Source: a virus
Lineage: Duplodnaviria; Caudoviricetes
Length of the DNA: 58,348 nt
Direction: 5' to 3' (one strand)
IMG/VR virus record: IMGVR_UViG_3300047554_000702
Span: 1-58,348 of that record
Made by a program: the position numbers and the translations under genes. Below, piece by piece: positions 1-8,760 of this stretch; positions within the stretch are counted from its first letter, which is position 1, and the number at the start of each line of letters is the position of its first letter. The notes under the pieces are model-generated. The model made no database searches and was not told where the DNA came from. It saw only the letters and a list, made by a program, of their open reading frames with translations.

Positions 1-100
1 CCCTACGGCACCTGCCGAGCCCGCAGGATCGATCACGCTCGCCTGCCCTACGGCACCTGCCGAGCCCGCAGGATCGATCACGCTCGCCTGCCCTACGGCA
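1..100. repeat. 45-bp tandem repeat, left part (2 full units plus a partial)
   Basis: Unit CCCTACGGCACCTGCCGAGCCCGCAGGATCGATCACGCTCGCCTG at 1-45 and 46-90, partial at 91-100; the same unit recurs at the window end. Confidence 0.95.
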
Positions 101-233
101 ACTGGCAATCTAAGCCCCTTCGCGATGCGTGAAATGGCAGCTATTGCGACGCAATCGCAGAACAGAAACAGAACGACGCAACAAAATTACGCCTACATTT
201 GTAGATGTTGCGCTCAACGACCCGAAAATTGCT

Positions 234-336
234 TCAGGGGGGAAGCAATGCCACTCAGGGGGGAAGCAATGCCACTCAGGGGGGAAGCAATGCCACTCAG
301 GGGGGAAGCAATGCCACTCAGGGGGGAAGCAATGCC
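234..336. repeat. 21-bp tandem repeat x5 (iteron-like)
   Basis: TCAGGGGGGAAGCAATGCCAC starting at 234, 255, 276, 297 and 318 (last copy 19 bp). Confidence 0.95.
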
Positions 337-340
337 GCAA

Positions 341-369
341 TTGACGCAATGCAATTCGTGTGGTAAGTT
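341..369 (+). promoter_or_regulatory. sigma70-like promoter
   Basis: TTGACG-17 nt-TAAGTT upstream of SD AGGAG (384-388) and GTG at 399. Confidence 0.55.
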
Positions 370-398
370 TTCTTCAATTGAACAGGAGTGATTCGCAC

Positions 399-917
399 GT
401 GACCCAAGCAAATCTCATCACCAAATTCAACGCCTCGATCGTCCTAGACGTGCGCCGCGCTCGTGACACTTGGTGCGTCTATGAGCACCAGGTCGTCATG
501 CAACCAGGTGAACCACCCGAAACGATATTCATCGGCGCGTGCCGTGTGATCGATGTGTACGATATGGTTGATGCTCGATCGAACAGCGAATGGCAGAACA
601 TCTTTGCCAACGGTGGACAGGTGCTCATCAATATCATCGGCACGACGTTGAACCGTGTCGATGCAATGCGCACTGCGTCGGAAATGACCAAAACCGCACC
701 GGTTATCCCGCGCTGCAACCTTCTCGGACACAACCTGCGCAGTCAGCGTCGCCCGATCCTATGTCTGAACAACAACGTCCGATATGAAACACAGCTGCAC
801 GCATCGGCAGATCTTGGGATACACGCCAGTTCGATCAGCCGACACATGCGCGGTCAAGCGAGCCATGCCCAGGGCTACAAATTCATCTACGCTGTCGATC
901 GGAAGGACGAGGCATGA
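399..917 (+). CDS. degenerate GIY-YIG-like / NUMOD1-type DNA-binding protein (homing endonuclease-like)
   Basis: WCVYEH...IFIGA in the N-terminal part; C-terminal RRPILCLNNNVRYETQLHASADLGIHASSISRHMRG...GYKFIY resembles a NUMOD1/HTH domain; start chosen at the GTG after AGGAG. Confidence 0.55.
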   Translation: MTQANLITKFNASIVLDVRRARDTWCVYEHQVVMQPGEPPETIFIGACRVIDVYDMVDARSNSEWQNIFANGGQVLINIIGTTLNRVDAMRTASEMTKTAPVIPRCNLLGHNLRSQRRPILCLNNNVRYETQLHASADLGIHASSISRHMRGQASHAQGYKFIYAVDRKDEA

Positions 918-1222
918 CCACCCGCGAAGAACTCAAGGCACTGGCGGAGACTGTGCAGAAGCTGACGGGGCCGTGCCACGCAACCGATTGTGCGATTGAG
1001 CACATTGTTTGCCCGCGCTGGACTGGCGAGGGCGCTCCAAAGCCATACACCGCCTCACTCGACGCGGCCATGTCGCTGGCTGACGGTGGACGGGTTGTCG
1101 AGATATTGCTGAACGCGGTCAATGCGAACGGCCACGAACATGGATGGGTAGAAGCCTTGCCCCGCTACGTCACAGCCGCCGCCCTTCTCGCCCGCGCCGA
1201 ACAGATGGGAGAGGGGGCATGA
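914..1222 (+). CDS. hypothetical phage protein
   Basis: ATGA overlap with the upstream stop; GAGG SD; PYTASLDAAMSL motif of the kind seen in small phage proteins. Confidence 0.7.
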   Translation: MTTREELKALAETVQKLTGPCHATDCAIEHIVCPRWTGEGAPKPYTASLDAAMSLADGGRVVEILLNAVNANGHEHGWVEALPRYVTAAALLARAEQMGEGA

Positions 1223-1740
1223 GCGGGCGCGTTATCGAAGGCTATGCCGCCATCTTCAACATCCCCGACAAAGTGAACGACACTATTTTGCCGGGCGCGT
1301 TCAAGCGGACTTTGGGAGAAAGGAAGCCTGACTTTCGGCTTGATCATTTCGGCGGTTGCGCCGGTGAGATTATTGAGGCCCGCGAAGATGAAGAAGGGCT
1401 TTTCGTTAAAGCCCGACTTGATCGAGACGTGGGCGACATTGACGGCCTTAGCATTGGGTTTGTTGCTCAACGCACAAAGCGCGGCAAAAACTGGCGCAAA
1501 CTTTATGACGTTGATCTGATTGAAGTTAGCGTTTGCGCCGATCCCATCCATCCGCTTGCTCGTTTCAGGGACGCGCCCTCAATTGAACAAGACGACTTCG
1601 CGCCCCGTGATGCTGTGAAGGCGCTGGCGTGGGTAATCCTCGGGATTGTCGCTGGTTCCTACGCCCTTGCAGCGTGGGCATTGGCGGGATGGCCGAGCGT
1701 CTGGGCCTTTGCTGTGGAGGCGTTCCCATGCGCCTCGTGA
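1219..1740 (+). CDS. HK97-type prohead protease-like protein with C-terminal transmembrane helix
   Basis: IEGYAAIFN...DTILPGAF...LDH...EDEEGLFVKA...DGLSIGF...DLIEVSV...P matches peptidase S78 motifs with His and Ser present; hydrophobic tail LAWVILGIVAGSYALAAWALAGW. Confidence 0.8.
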   Translation: MSGRVIEGYAAIFNIPDKVNDTILPGAFKRTLGERKPDFRLDHFGGCAGEIIEAREDEEGLFVKARLDRDVGDIDGLSIGFVAQRTKRGKNWRKLYDVDLIEVSVCADPIHPLARFRDAPSIEQDDFAPRDAVKALAWVILGIVAGSYALAAWALAGWPSVWAFAVEAFPCAS

Positions 1741-1826
1741 CAGCCCTGCAATGCGTGACGGGCGGCGTCCTGATGCTGTTCCCGATATTCCTGCCGATGC
1801 TGGCGATGATTCTGAAGGAGATTTGA
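1728..1826 (+). CDS. small hydrophobic peptide
   Basis: MRLVTALQCVTGGVLMLFPIFLPMLAMILKEI; GGAGG SD upstream; fills the gap in the operon. Confidence 0.45.
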   Translation: MRLVTALQCVTGGVLMLFPIFLPMLAMILKEI

Positions 1827-1827
1827 T

Positions 1828-2292
1828 GTGAGAGGTTTTGCTTCAATTGGCCTGCATTGCCCGAAAACAGGGCACAACGTAGGAGCCGTTTTACGGGCCG
1901 CTCAATGCTATGGCGCAGCGGCGGTGGTAATCAGCGGCGAACGGGTCAACCGCACGCACATCAAGGCCGCGACCAATACCCTGCAATCCCACCGGCACAT
2001 TCCTGTGCTGCGTGGTGATCTGCGCGAGCTAGTGCCTTATGGTGCGGTGCCCGTCGCGGTCGATCTTGTCGAAGGCGCGGAAAGCCTGATTGACTTTGAG
2101 CATCCGCATTCGGCGTTTTACGTGTTCGGGCCTGAAGATGGAACGCTTGGCAAAGCTACGCTTGATTGGTGCCCTCGTCGCGTGATGGTACCTACTGCGT
2201 TTTGCATGAACCTTGCCGCTACCGTCAACGTCATTCTCTATGACCGCCTTGCCAAACAGCACCGGCGGGTTGCCGAAAGGATCGCAGCATGA
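1828..2292 (+). CDS. SpoU/TrmH-family (SPOUT) RNA methyltransferase
   Basis: SPOUT motifs: PKTGHNVGAVLRAA (motif 1), YVFGPEDGTL (motif 2), VMVPTAFCMNLAATVNVILY (motif 3). Confidence 0.85.
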   Translation: MRGFASIGLHCPKTGHNVGAVLRAAQCYGAAAVVISGERVNRTHIKAATNTLQSHRHIPVLRGDLRELVPYGAVPVAVDLVEGAESLIDFEHPHSAFYVFGPEDGTLGKATLDWCPRRVMVPTAFCMNLAATVNVILYDRLAKQHRRVAERIAA

Positions 2293-2990
2293 CCCACCCC
2301 GCCAGCGAACTGGACGCGGAAATCCAGAAGACCGAAGCCCGCCTCGCCGAATTGCAGGCCCAGCGGGAGGCGTTGGCAGTTGACCCGTTGCTGATTGAGG
2401 CGCGGGAGTTTGCTGCAAAGGCTTGCGAGGTTGAACAATTGTTTGGCACCGCAAAAGACATTCGTTCCGGGGGATTTGATTGCCTCCCGAGCGTTCAATC
2501 TGCCCTCGCAGCCCTTCGCAGCCGCACGGCCCTCGCCCCGCGCCCGGAGGTTGATGAGGGGTGGGTTGACGATGTGGCAAAGCGGTGCGCCGAGAATGCT
2601 GCCGCAGCTACCGGCAATCATCCCTTGAGCAATGCGGCTGCTGTTGCGTTCAATGCGCGCACCCTCGCCATCCGCGAGACCCTCACCCGCGCGCCGGGGA
2701 TAAGCTGGCCGGGGGGAAGGCCGCAAGAACACTGGACGGTTGTAGGCGCAATAAAAAGCGCAAGAGCCTTGATCGAGGCCGGTAACGACCTTTGTTTTGC
2801 TGCTGAAACTTCGGGCGGCACAGCGGGGCGTGACGCAGCCTTGTACGCAGCAATCGCGCAATGGGCAGCAGAGCGCGACAAACAAAAGCAGGTGCTGCGC
2901 ATCATTGAACTTGAAGGTGACAGTCCAGAGATAGGGGCAGGTTCGCCTGACCATCCTCTGCGCGAACACATGACGGGAGCCGCGTCATGA
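2289..2990 (+). CDS. hypothetical protein (N-terminal coiled coil)
   Basis: ATGA-coupled in the + operon; 233 aa. Confidence 0.65.
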   Translation: MTHPASELDAEIQKTEARLAELQAQREALAVDPLLIEAREFAAKACEVEQLFGTAKDIRSGGFDCLPSVQSALAALRSRTALAPRPEVDEGWVDDVAKRCAENAAAATGNHPLSNAAAVAFNARTLAIRETLTRAPGISWPGGRPQEHWTVVGAIKSARALIEAGNDLCFAAETSGGTAGRDAALYAAIAQWAAERDKQKQVLRIIELEGDSPEIGAGSPDHPLREHMTGAAS

Positions 2991-3352
2991 GCGCGCCCGA
3001 GCAGGTGCAGGTGAGCCGAGCGATTGAACTTTGGTTCTTCCGCGACATCAGCGACGAACAGCGCCGTGCCTTAATCGGTCTAACCTTGGGGGAAGCTGTG
3101 GCTGGCGAAGCGACAAACCATTCATGGCAGCGGCTTTGCTTGAAACGCATCCTACGCCACACCACGCAATCCGACCTGCTGGCGGCGATGCGGGAGGCGG
3201 CTGAGGCACTTAAGCCGTTTGCCTTTGCCGCAGCGCACGCACCCAAGATTGGTAAAAAGCCACACGACTTTGTGTTGACCAGCGAGTTCGACGCAGCCTC
3301 AGCAGCCCTCGCCAAGCTGACCGCCGCGATTGACCAGATGGGAGGCGGGTGA
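2987..3352 (+). CDS. hypothetical protein
   Basis: ATGA-coupled; GGGAG SD. Confidence 0.65.
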   Translation: MSAPEQVQVSRAIELWFFRDISDEQRRALIGLTLGEAVAGEATNHSWQRLCLKRILRHTTQSDLLAAMREAAEALKPFAFAAAHAPKIGKKPHDFVLTSEFDAASAALAKLTAAIDQMGGG

Positions 3353-3459
3353 TGCGGATCATAGTCAAGAAACTCACGCGAGAATTTTGGGACGGCTTCT
3401 TGAGCGGGTGGGCGGCGGCATTTCTGATTGCCTGCTTGATTGTGGGGCTGATCCCCTAA
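3352..3459 (+). CDS. small single-pass membrane protein
   Basis: My translation: MRIIVKKLTREFWDGFLSGWAAAFLIACLIVGLIP; TGATG coupling and GGAGG SD. Confidence 0.55.
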   Translation: MRIIVKKLTREFWDGFLSGWAAAFLIACLIVGLIP

Positions 3460-3499
3460 CCCCCGCGCACGAACCCGGTGCGCTGATATGGAGAATGTG

Positions 3500-3658
3500 A
3501 TGAACGAACATTGGAAGACATACGCCGCTGACTTCAACGCAATGACCGATGCGGAGATTGAGGCCGAAACCGAACGCGTGCAATCTGAAGTCAATGAACT
3601 CGAAGATTGGCTCGAAGCCGTCGCGTCATGGGAAGCCGCCGGGAAGCCGCGCGCATGA
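3500..3658 (+). CDS. small acidic helical protein
   Basis: My translation: MNEHWKTYAADFNAMTDAEIEAETERVQSEVNELEDWLEAVASWEAAGKPRA; GGAG SD. Confidence 0.6.
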   Translation: MNEHWKTYAADFNAMTDAEIEAETERVQSEVNELEDWLEAVASWEAAGKPRA

Positions 3659-3801
3659 CCGCCCGCTATCAGACCAGCCGCCCGGATCAGTGGACGTGTC
3701 CGCGCCCTACGCCTGATCCGCGCAAGTATGGCGCGATTATGCCTATGGAACAGCCCCGCCTCGGCCTGCTGCGTCGGGTGTTCGGGATATGGAGAACGTG
3801 A
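3655..3801 (+). CDS. hypothetical protein
   Basis: ATGA-coupled; MTARYQTSRPDQW...YGAIMPME. Confidence 0.55.
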   Translation: MTARYQTSRPDQWTCPRPTPDPRKYGAIMPMEQPRLGLLRRVFGIWRT

Positions 3802-4247
3802 TGGAAGAAGAACTTAAGGCGCTACTAGAAAAGGCGCGCAATCACAAGATGACACCCGGTGAACTGTTCGAGCAGCGCGTTTCATTCGTTTACAGTGCGT
3901 GCGGCGAAGGCGAGAGCAAGGAAAGCGTTCGCGCGCTATTGGCGGAAACTTACGGCGACCCGGCTGCATATGAAGCAGAGATCACCTCCCTTCGCGCCGA
4001 GATCGCCAGCCGTGACGCGGCACTGGTGAAGGCGCGGGAGGAACTGACAGAATGCGTGACCTCGCTGGATCGCCTCCAAAGCAATTCCGAAAAGCTACTT
4101 GTCGAAGCGCGTAGAGCGCGGGCTGATGCGTTGGAGGAAGCGGCGGTTGCTGGTTACATTGCCTGCGCTGAAACACGCCATGTTAGGCTAGGGGATAGAG
4201 TTGCCACCGCCATCCGCGCCCTCGCAACGCAGGGGGATGGGGCATGA
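3801..4247 (+). CDS. hypothetical coiled-coil protein
   Basis: TGATG coupling with GGAG SD; MEEELKALLEKAR...EQRVSFVYS. Confidence 0.65.
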   Translation: MEEELKALLEKARNHKMTPGELFEQRVSFVYSACGEGESKESVRALLAETYGDPAAYEAEITSLRAEIASRDAALVKAREELTECVTSLDRLQSNSEKLLVEARRARADALEEAAVAGYIACAETRHVRLGDRVATAIRALATQGDGA

Positions 4248-4528
4248 CGAATAGCATCGTCACCCGCGAACAAGTGATCGCCAAGATGCAGTTCTGGGCG
4301 GATCGCATAAACGAACAGAATGAATATGGTGCGCTCCATATCCTCATCGCGGACGGGAATTGCGATGATGAAAGCCGTGAATTTTGCCGCACCCGGCACA
4401 CCATAACCGCCGACGAAACAGCGTTTCTTGACGGGATCGAAGCCGACTTGACCGAAGAAGCCATTTTCGGAGCATGGGCGCTGGCACAGTATCCGAATAC
4501 CCAAGTTGCAACACAGCCCGAACCCTGA
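4244..4528 (+). CDS. hypothetical protein
   Basis: ATGA-coupled; GALHILIADGN motif. Confidence 0.65.
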   Translation: MTNSIVTREQVIAKMQFWADRINEQNEYGALHILIADGNCDDESREFCRTRHTITADETAFLDGIEADLTEEAIFGAWALAQYPNTQVATQPEP

Positions 4529-4718
4529 TAAACCCGCCGCATGTCAACAGCGCGCATCATTTCTGACATGCAGCAATCGAAGCAGGTTGTGCATATCGTG
4601 TCGGCCCGGACTGCTCGATCGCTCGTAAAGCGAGGGCTGGTTCGGGCCACTGTGATTCAACCTGCACCGATCGAAGGTGTTGCTGTCAACCTGACCGTGC
4701 TCGGCAAGTCGTACCGCG

Positions 4719-4862
4719 CTAAGAGCGCAACGTCCGAACAATTGCCCGCGCCTCAGCCGCAGACAGAGTCAGATCCCCCGGCTTGACCTTCGGGTTTGCA
4801 GGGGTTGCCTTGCGCTCGATCTTGCGCGCCAATGCTTCACGTTTCTGCTTGGGGCTACTCAT
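4719..4862 (-). CDS. small basic protein
   Basis: ATG overlaps the primase end; MSSPKQKREALARKIERK... Confidence 0.45.
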   Translation of the reverse strand: MSSPKQKREALARKIERKATPANPKVKPGDLTLSAAEARAIVRTLRS

Positions 4863-7179
4863 ATCCTTGATCCGTTCCGTACGTGCTGACATCTGCGACA
4901 GCTGCGCGCGAGTATAGCACCCCGCAAAGCGCAACGTCTTCCTGAAAATACGGCCTTAGTTGGCGACCGATCTCACGATAACCCATGCCTTCGAGCACGG
5001 CCCGGACGGCATGAGGCGGTACATTCCCGCGAACAACTTGCCGGTCGCGCAGATGCTTCATTGCTGCCAACTCGGACACCCATCCGGAGCGGAAGCCGGT
5101 GGCACCCGTCTCGACCGCTTCCTGGATGGCACGCTCGATCGGTGAGCGGCTGATTGCCACAGCCTCTGCCCAACTGGTCGTCCGAGGCGCGCGCATGGGT
5201 ATCGCGCCTTTGCCGATCGGATAATTGTGCAAGTAGTGCGAGATGTATTTGTGCCCGTCAGCTTCCAACCAACTGAACAAGCGCTTCATATAATCATCGT
5301 TCATGCCGAGCGCGAACAACATTTCCTCGGTCTGGATCGGGCTAAAGAACATCGCGTAGCGTCGCCCGTTTTTCGACACAGGTACCGCGTCTTTGTAGTT
5401 GGTGAAGAAACCCCAATTCGCAGGGTTGTCTTCCATCTGCTGATCGACACCCTTGGCCTGCACTTCGATCAACTTTTCGGAGATCAGCGGCTTGAGCACT
5501 TCGACCAGGTGACGCTTTTCATCGACGCGTATCTCGTCGGCCAGAATAAACACCTTGTTGCGCATCCACCCGTTGAACTTGCCGCCGCTGTCGCCCAACT
5601 GCTGCGCGTCCGGGAAGTGGACATACGGCAGTCCGATCGCCTGTGTCATAGCGTGCTTGATCACACCTTTGCCGATACCCTCAGCTGATTGGATCACCGG
5701 AGCCCATGGTATCTTGTAACCAGGATAACGAACCACGTGCGCCATCCAGTCGAGCAGGATGCGCAGATCGTTTTCATCGGGAATGATCAGGCGAAGGTGG
5801 TTCAAAAACGGGCTGACATCGCCCTGCAGCATCTCGATCTGTGGTCGGACGTAGGTGTTCACACCTTTACGACCCAGCACATCGGTTACGATCTCACCCG
5901 GCTCTCTGTCTGGCATGAATCGCAGGTGATCGACCTTTGGTACTGCCCATTGTGTCGATCGTGTAGCAGCGCGCCACGGTTCGTCGGTTGTCTTGCCGTC
6001 CGCTGTGATGATGAATTTCTTACCCGCGTAATGCGAACCGTTGAACTTGGTCGAGTCGTAAAGCTGACCGTTGGGTAGCAGCATCTTGCCCAGCGAACCG
6101 ACGAACACGCACCCCTTGAACCATTGCGCGCATTCGAGGTGGGTTAGCATCTCACCCCTGCAATCCAGTTCAGGCGGCTCGGTCTGACCCGCTGGCATGG
6201 GTGGTACACCCCCTGCGACCGGCGCAAGCGGCTGCGGTGACACACCCTCGCCGAATGCGACCACGGCCCGCAGGGACGGCACACGGCGTACCAGCGACGG
6301 CCAGCCCAACTCGGTACGGCGCAGGCTGTTCCACTGCTTGATGTTCTCGCCGATGTCGTTGCGCGTGTAGCGCGCGCACCAATTGGACCACATCGACACG
6401 AGGGTGGCTTCGTCGGTCAACGTCCAGCCCGCCTGCTTGATGGCAGCTGTCACAGCGATCCATTCGCCGCGATCGAGGTCGTTGGGGTCCATGAGATCCA
6501 GCGCACGCTTTAGCCATGCCAGCGACGGCGCGGCTTGGGCAGGGTCACCAAGTTCATGTCGCTCACCCGCACCACCTTCGAGCACCGTCACATGCGCTAC
6601 AGACGCTTCGAGTGCATCAACCGTGAGGGGTTGACCGTAACCGGGCAGCGCGTGGCAGGTGACCAAGTGACCAACCCCATACTTGTGATTGAGCGTGCCA
6701 GGGAGCCGCATGACGCGCGCTGCGTCGATCACGGCCTTGTCACCGTTGTAGGTCTGTCTGAGCCGCCGCTGAAGCCCTGAGAAGCGTTCCAGATCGGACG
6801 GGTAGTGCGTGACCGGCCAATAGACGTGATACTTGCCGGGGCTGCTCAGAACGGCAAACGAGGGCGGCGGCAGGTGCCGACCCGCTGCCTCGTATTGCTG
6901 CTGTGCATCAATGGCGTCGAGATCGATATAATGCGCGCGGATCATCGCCACGTTTTCGAGAGCCCGACCCACCCCGTCCAGAGCAGCGGGGGTCATGAAA
7001 ATGCCGTAGCCATGCTCGTTGTAGCCCTTGATCCACGGCCAGAGGCTGTGCAGGGTGCCGCGATTCGCATGGCCGGGGACGGATTTATCAGTGTCGTGAA
7101 GGGCGCGCAGATCGAGCGGTGTCGTGGCCGGATCGCAGCCGAGCGCTTGGACGAATGCTGTGGCGAGGTCGATGTTCAC
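4855..7179 (-). CDS. DNA primase-helicase (RepB-like primase + PriCT-2-like + P-loop ATPase, DUF5906-like)
   Basis: HYIDLD, SSPGKYHVYW and RVMRLPGT primase motifs; EWIAVTAAIK...WSNWC (PriCT-like); Walker A SAEGIGKG; Walker B ILADE; FFTN. Confidence 0.85.
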   Translation of the reverse strand: MNIDLATAFVQALGCDPATTPLDLRALHDTDKSVPGHANRGTLHSLWPWIKGYNEHGYGIFMTPAALDGVGRALENVAMIRAHYIDLDAIDAQQQYEAAGRHLPPPSFAVLSSPGKYHVYWPVTHYPSDLERFSGLQRRLRQTYNGDKAVIDAARVMRLPGTLNHKYGVGHLVTCHALPGYGQPLTVDALEASVAHVTVLEGGAGERHELGDPAQAAPSLAWLKRALDLMDPNDLDRGEWIAVTAAIKQAGWTLTDEATLVSMWSNWCARYTRNDIGENIKQWNSLRRTELGWPSLVRRVPSLRAVVAFGEGVSPQPLAPVAGGVPPMPAGQTEPPELDCRGEMLTHLECAQWFKGCVFVGSLGKMLLPNGQLYDSTKFNGSHYAGKKFIITADGKTTDEPWRAATRSTQWAVPKVDHLRFMPDREPGEIVTDVLGRKGVNTYVRPQIEMLQGDVSPFLNHLRLIIPDENDLRILLDWMAHVVRYPGYKIPWAPVIQSAEGIGKGVIKHAMTQAIGLPYVHFPDAQQLGDSGGKFNGWMRNKVFILADEIRVDEKRHLVEVLKPLISEKLIEVQAKGVDQQMEDNPANWGFFTNYKDAVPVSKNGRRYAMFFSPIQTEEMLFALGMNDDYMKRLFSWLEADGHKYISHYLHNYPIGKGAIPMRAPRTTSWAEAVAISRSPIERAIQEAVETGATGFRSGWVSELAAMKHLRDRQVVRGNVPPHAVRAVLEGMGYREIGRQLRPYFQEDVALCGVLYSRAAVADVSTYGTDQGYE

Positions 7180-7568
7180 TTTGAACCGCGATTGTACATG
7201 GTGTTCATCAAAGGTTTCTCGACTCGAATCGCTTCGCGTTCTGCTTCGATTGCTGCCGCTCTATTCGGTAGCGTCTCAATCGTAACAACGGCTATGTGTT
7301 GAAACCAAGGCGAGTGGATAGCGTGATCAACTAAGCGACGCCAAGCAGAATAAGAAAGACCAATGTACAGAAGGCGACCCTCTTTATCGTAATGACGATA
7401 CAATTGTGTCGGATCACTGTGACACTTGTTATTTCTGTGCCCAGCGTATCGCTTCTGCTTTTTTTGAAACTCAATGATGCAGGCTTTGCATCTAGGGAGT
7501 TCTTTTCGGTGAGTTTCATTGACCTTGCAATCACGACACATGCGGGGTGAATTCAACCACATCTTCAT
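7176..7568 (-). CDS. GIY-YIG family nuclease with N-terminal Cys motif
   Basis: LYRHYDKEGRLLYIGLS...RRLVDH...AEREAIRVEKPLMN; lower GC than its neighbours. Confidence 0.75.
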   Translation of the reverse strand: MKMWLNSPRMCRDCKVNETHRKELPRCKACIIEFQKKQKRYAGHRNNKCHSDPTQLYRHYDKEGRLLYIGLSYSAWRRLVDHAIHSPWFQHIAVVTIETLPNRAAAIEAEREAIRVEKPLMNTMYNRGSK

Positions 7569-7753
7569 GGTGTCGATTCTCCCACAAAACCCTCAACATC
7601 GATACGCCGCCACACGGGCGGTTCAATTCCAGCAATCGGTGAAACCGGACACACACCTTCTTTAACCCATTTTCTCAGGGTCTTAGGGTCTATTCCGAGG
7701 GCTCTTGCTGTTTCACCGCCGTTCATCAGCGGTTTGAGGGTTTTATCGGGCAT
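7565..7753 (-). CDS. MerR/excisionase-like HTH DNA-binding protein
   Basis: LMNGGETARALGIDPKTLRKWVKEG...WRRIDVE. Confidence 0.75.
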   Translation of the reverse strand: MPDKTLKPLMNGGETARALGIDPKTLRKWVKEGVCPVSPIAGIEPPVWRRIDVEGFVGESTP

Positions 7754-7847
7754 TTGGATGTGCATAATGAAGTCGCTCGCGGCTGACAACCCAAAATTTC
7801 CAGAAATTTCCCTTGACCCGAATCGGACGGGTGTGACAGGAGAACTC

Positions 7848-8012
7848 ATGAGCAAACACGATTATGCGCTTCACGATGCGATCAGTGGCAAAGGTAATGA
7901 GATCGCGAGGCGTAAAAGATGGTGGATGCAGAAACTGATTGGCCCGCAGCGTCGCAAGTACGCACGAATGTTGATGGGTTTGCCACCTGTGAGGAATACA
8001 TGCAATGACTGA
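7848..8012 (+). CDS. small basic hypothetical protein
   Basis: AGGAG SD; first gene of the divergent + operon. Confidence 0.55.
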   Translation: MSKHDYALHDAISGKGNEIARRKRWWMQKLIGPQRRKYARMLMGLPPVRNTCND

Positions 8013-8661
8013 CACCGTACACGTGATGCTCGACCTTGAAACTTGGGGCACCGAACCAGGTTGTGACATTCGCTCGATTGGCGCATGTGTGTTTGATCCG
8101 GTGTTGGGTTGGGTTGGTGCGCCGGGGCAGTTCGACCCGGAGCGCATCGAATTTTTCTACATCGCAACAGACAATCCACGTGGGTATTGGGGCAACGGCA
8201 GCAGCCGGGACAGGTTTTTCGTCACTGGCAAGGCGACCGACCGGCTGCGTTATCCGCTGACCCGCGATCCGGCTACCGCGCAACGGTGGTCCGAGCAGTC
8301 GGCTGAAGCACAGGCTGCGTTCGAGAACCCGGTCGATTTGCGGATCGCTTTGAGCCGCTTCAGCGTGTGGTTGGCTGACGTTTGCCCGGACGTCACCGCT
8401 TTGCGCCTCTGGTCACACGGTTCAGCGTTCGATCCGCCCATCCTCGCCGCAGCGTACAAGGCGGTCGATTTGCCCGTCCCGTGGCATTACCGAGCACCGC
8501 GCGACACCCGCACCGCGTTCGACATGGCGGGGATCGAGGACCACTCGGCATGGCTGGAGCAGACGCCGGGGCCGCTCGGTGTGTCACATCACGCTCTGGA
8601 TGATGCGATCTGTCAGGCGCGTGCGGTTGCAGCGGCTTACCAGCTTGTGACGCATGACTGA
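8005..8661 (+). CDS. DEDDh 3'-5' exonuclease (DUF5051 / RNase AS-like)
   Basis: VMLDLET, WSHGSAFD, RDTRT and HHALDDA motifs. Confidence 0.85.
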   Translation: MTDTVHVMLDLETWGTEPGCDIRSIGACVFDPVLGWVGAPGQFDPERIEFFYIATDNPRGYWGNGSSRDRFFVTGKATDRLRYPLTRDPATAQRWSEQSAEAQAAFENPVDLRIALSRFSVWLADVCPDVTALRLWSHGSAFDPPILAAAYKAVDLPVPWHYRAPRDTRTAFDMAGIEDHSAWLEQTPGPLGVSHHALDDAICQARAVAAAYQLVTHD

Positions 8662-8760
8662 TGCTATGCACGGGATGCTCGCAATGATCCGTGATACCCC
8701 TCACCATGTCGAAACACCGATGATGATCAACCAGCTTTTCGCTGATCTGGGGCGCTACGA

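Noticed and set aside
1-336. CRISPR array formed by the 45-bp or 21-bp repeats
   Set aside because: The units are directly adjacent with no unique spacers, and there is no cas operon.
110-411. Short ORFs with heptapeptide repeats (CFPPEWH, GEAMPLR, SGGKQCH)
   Set aside because: They arise because the 21-bp repeat is open in several frames on both strands; there is no convincing SD or operon context.
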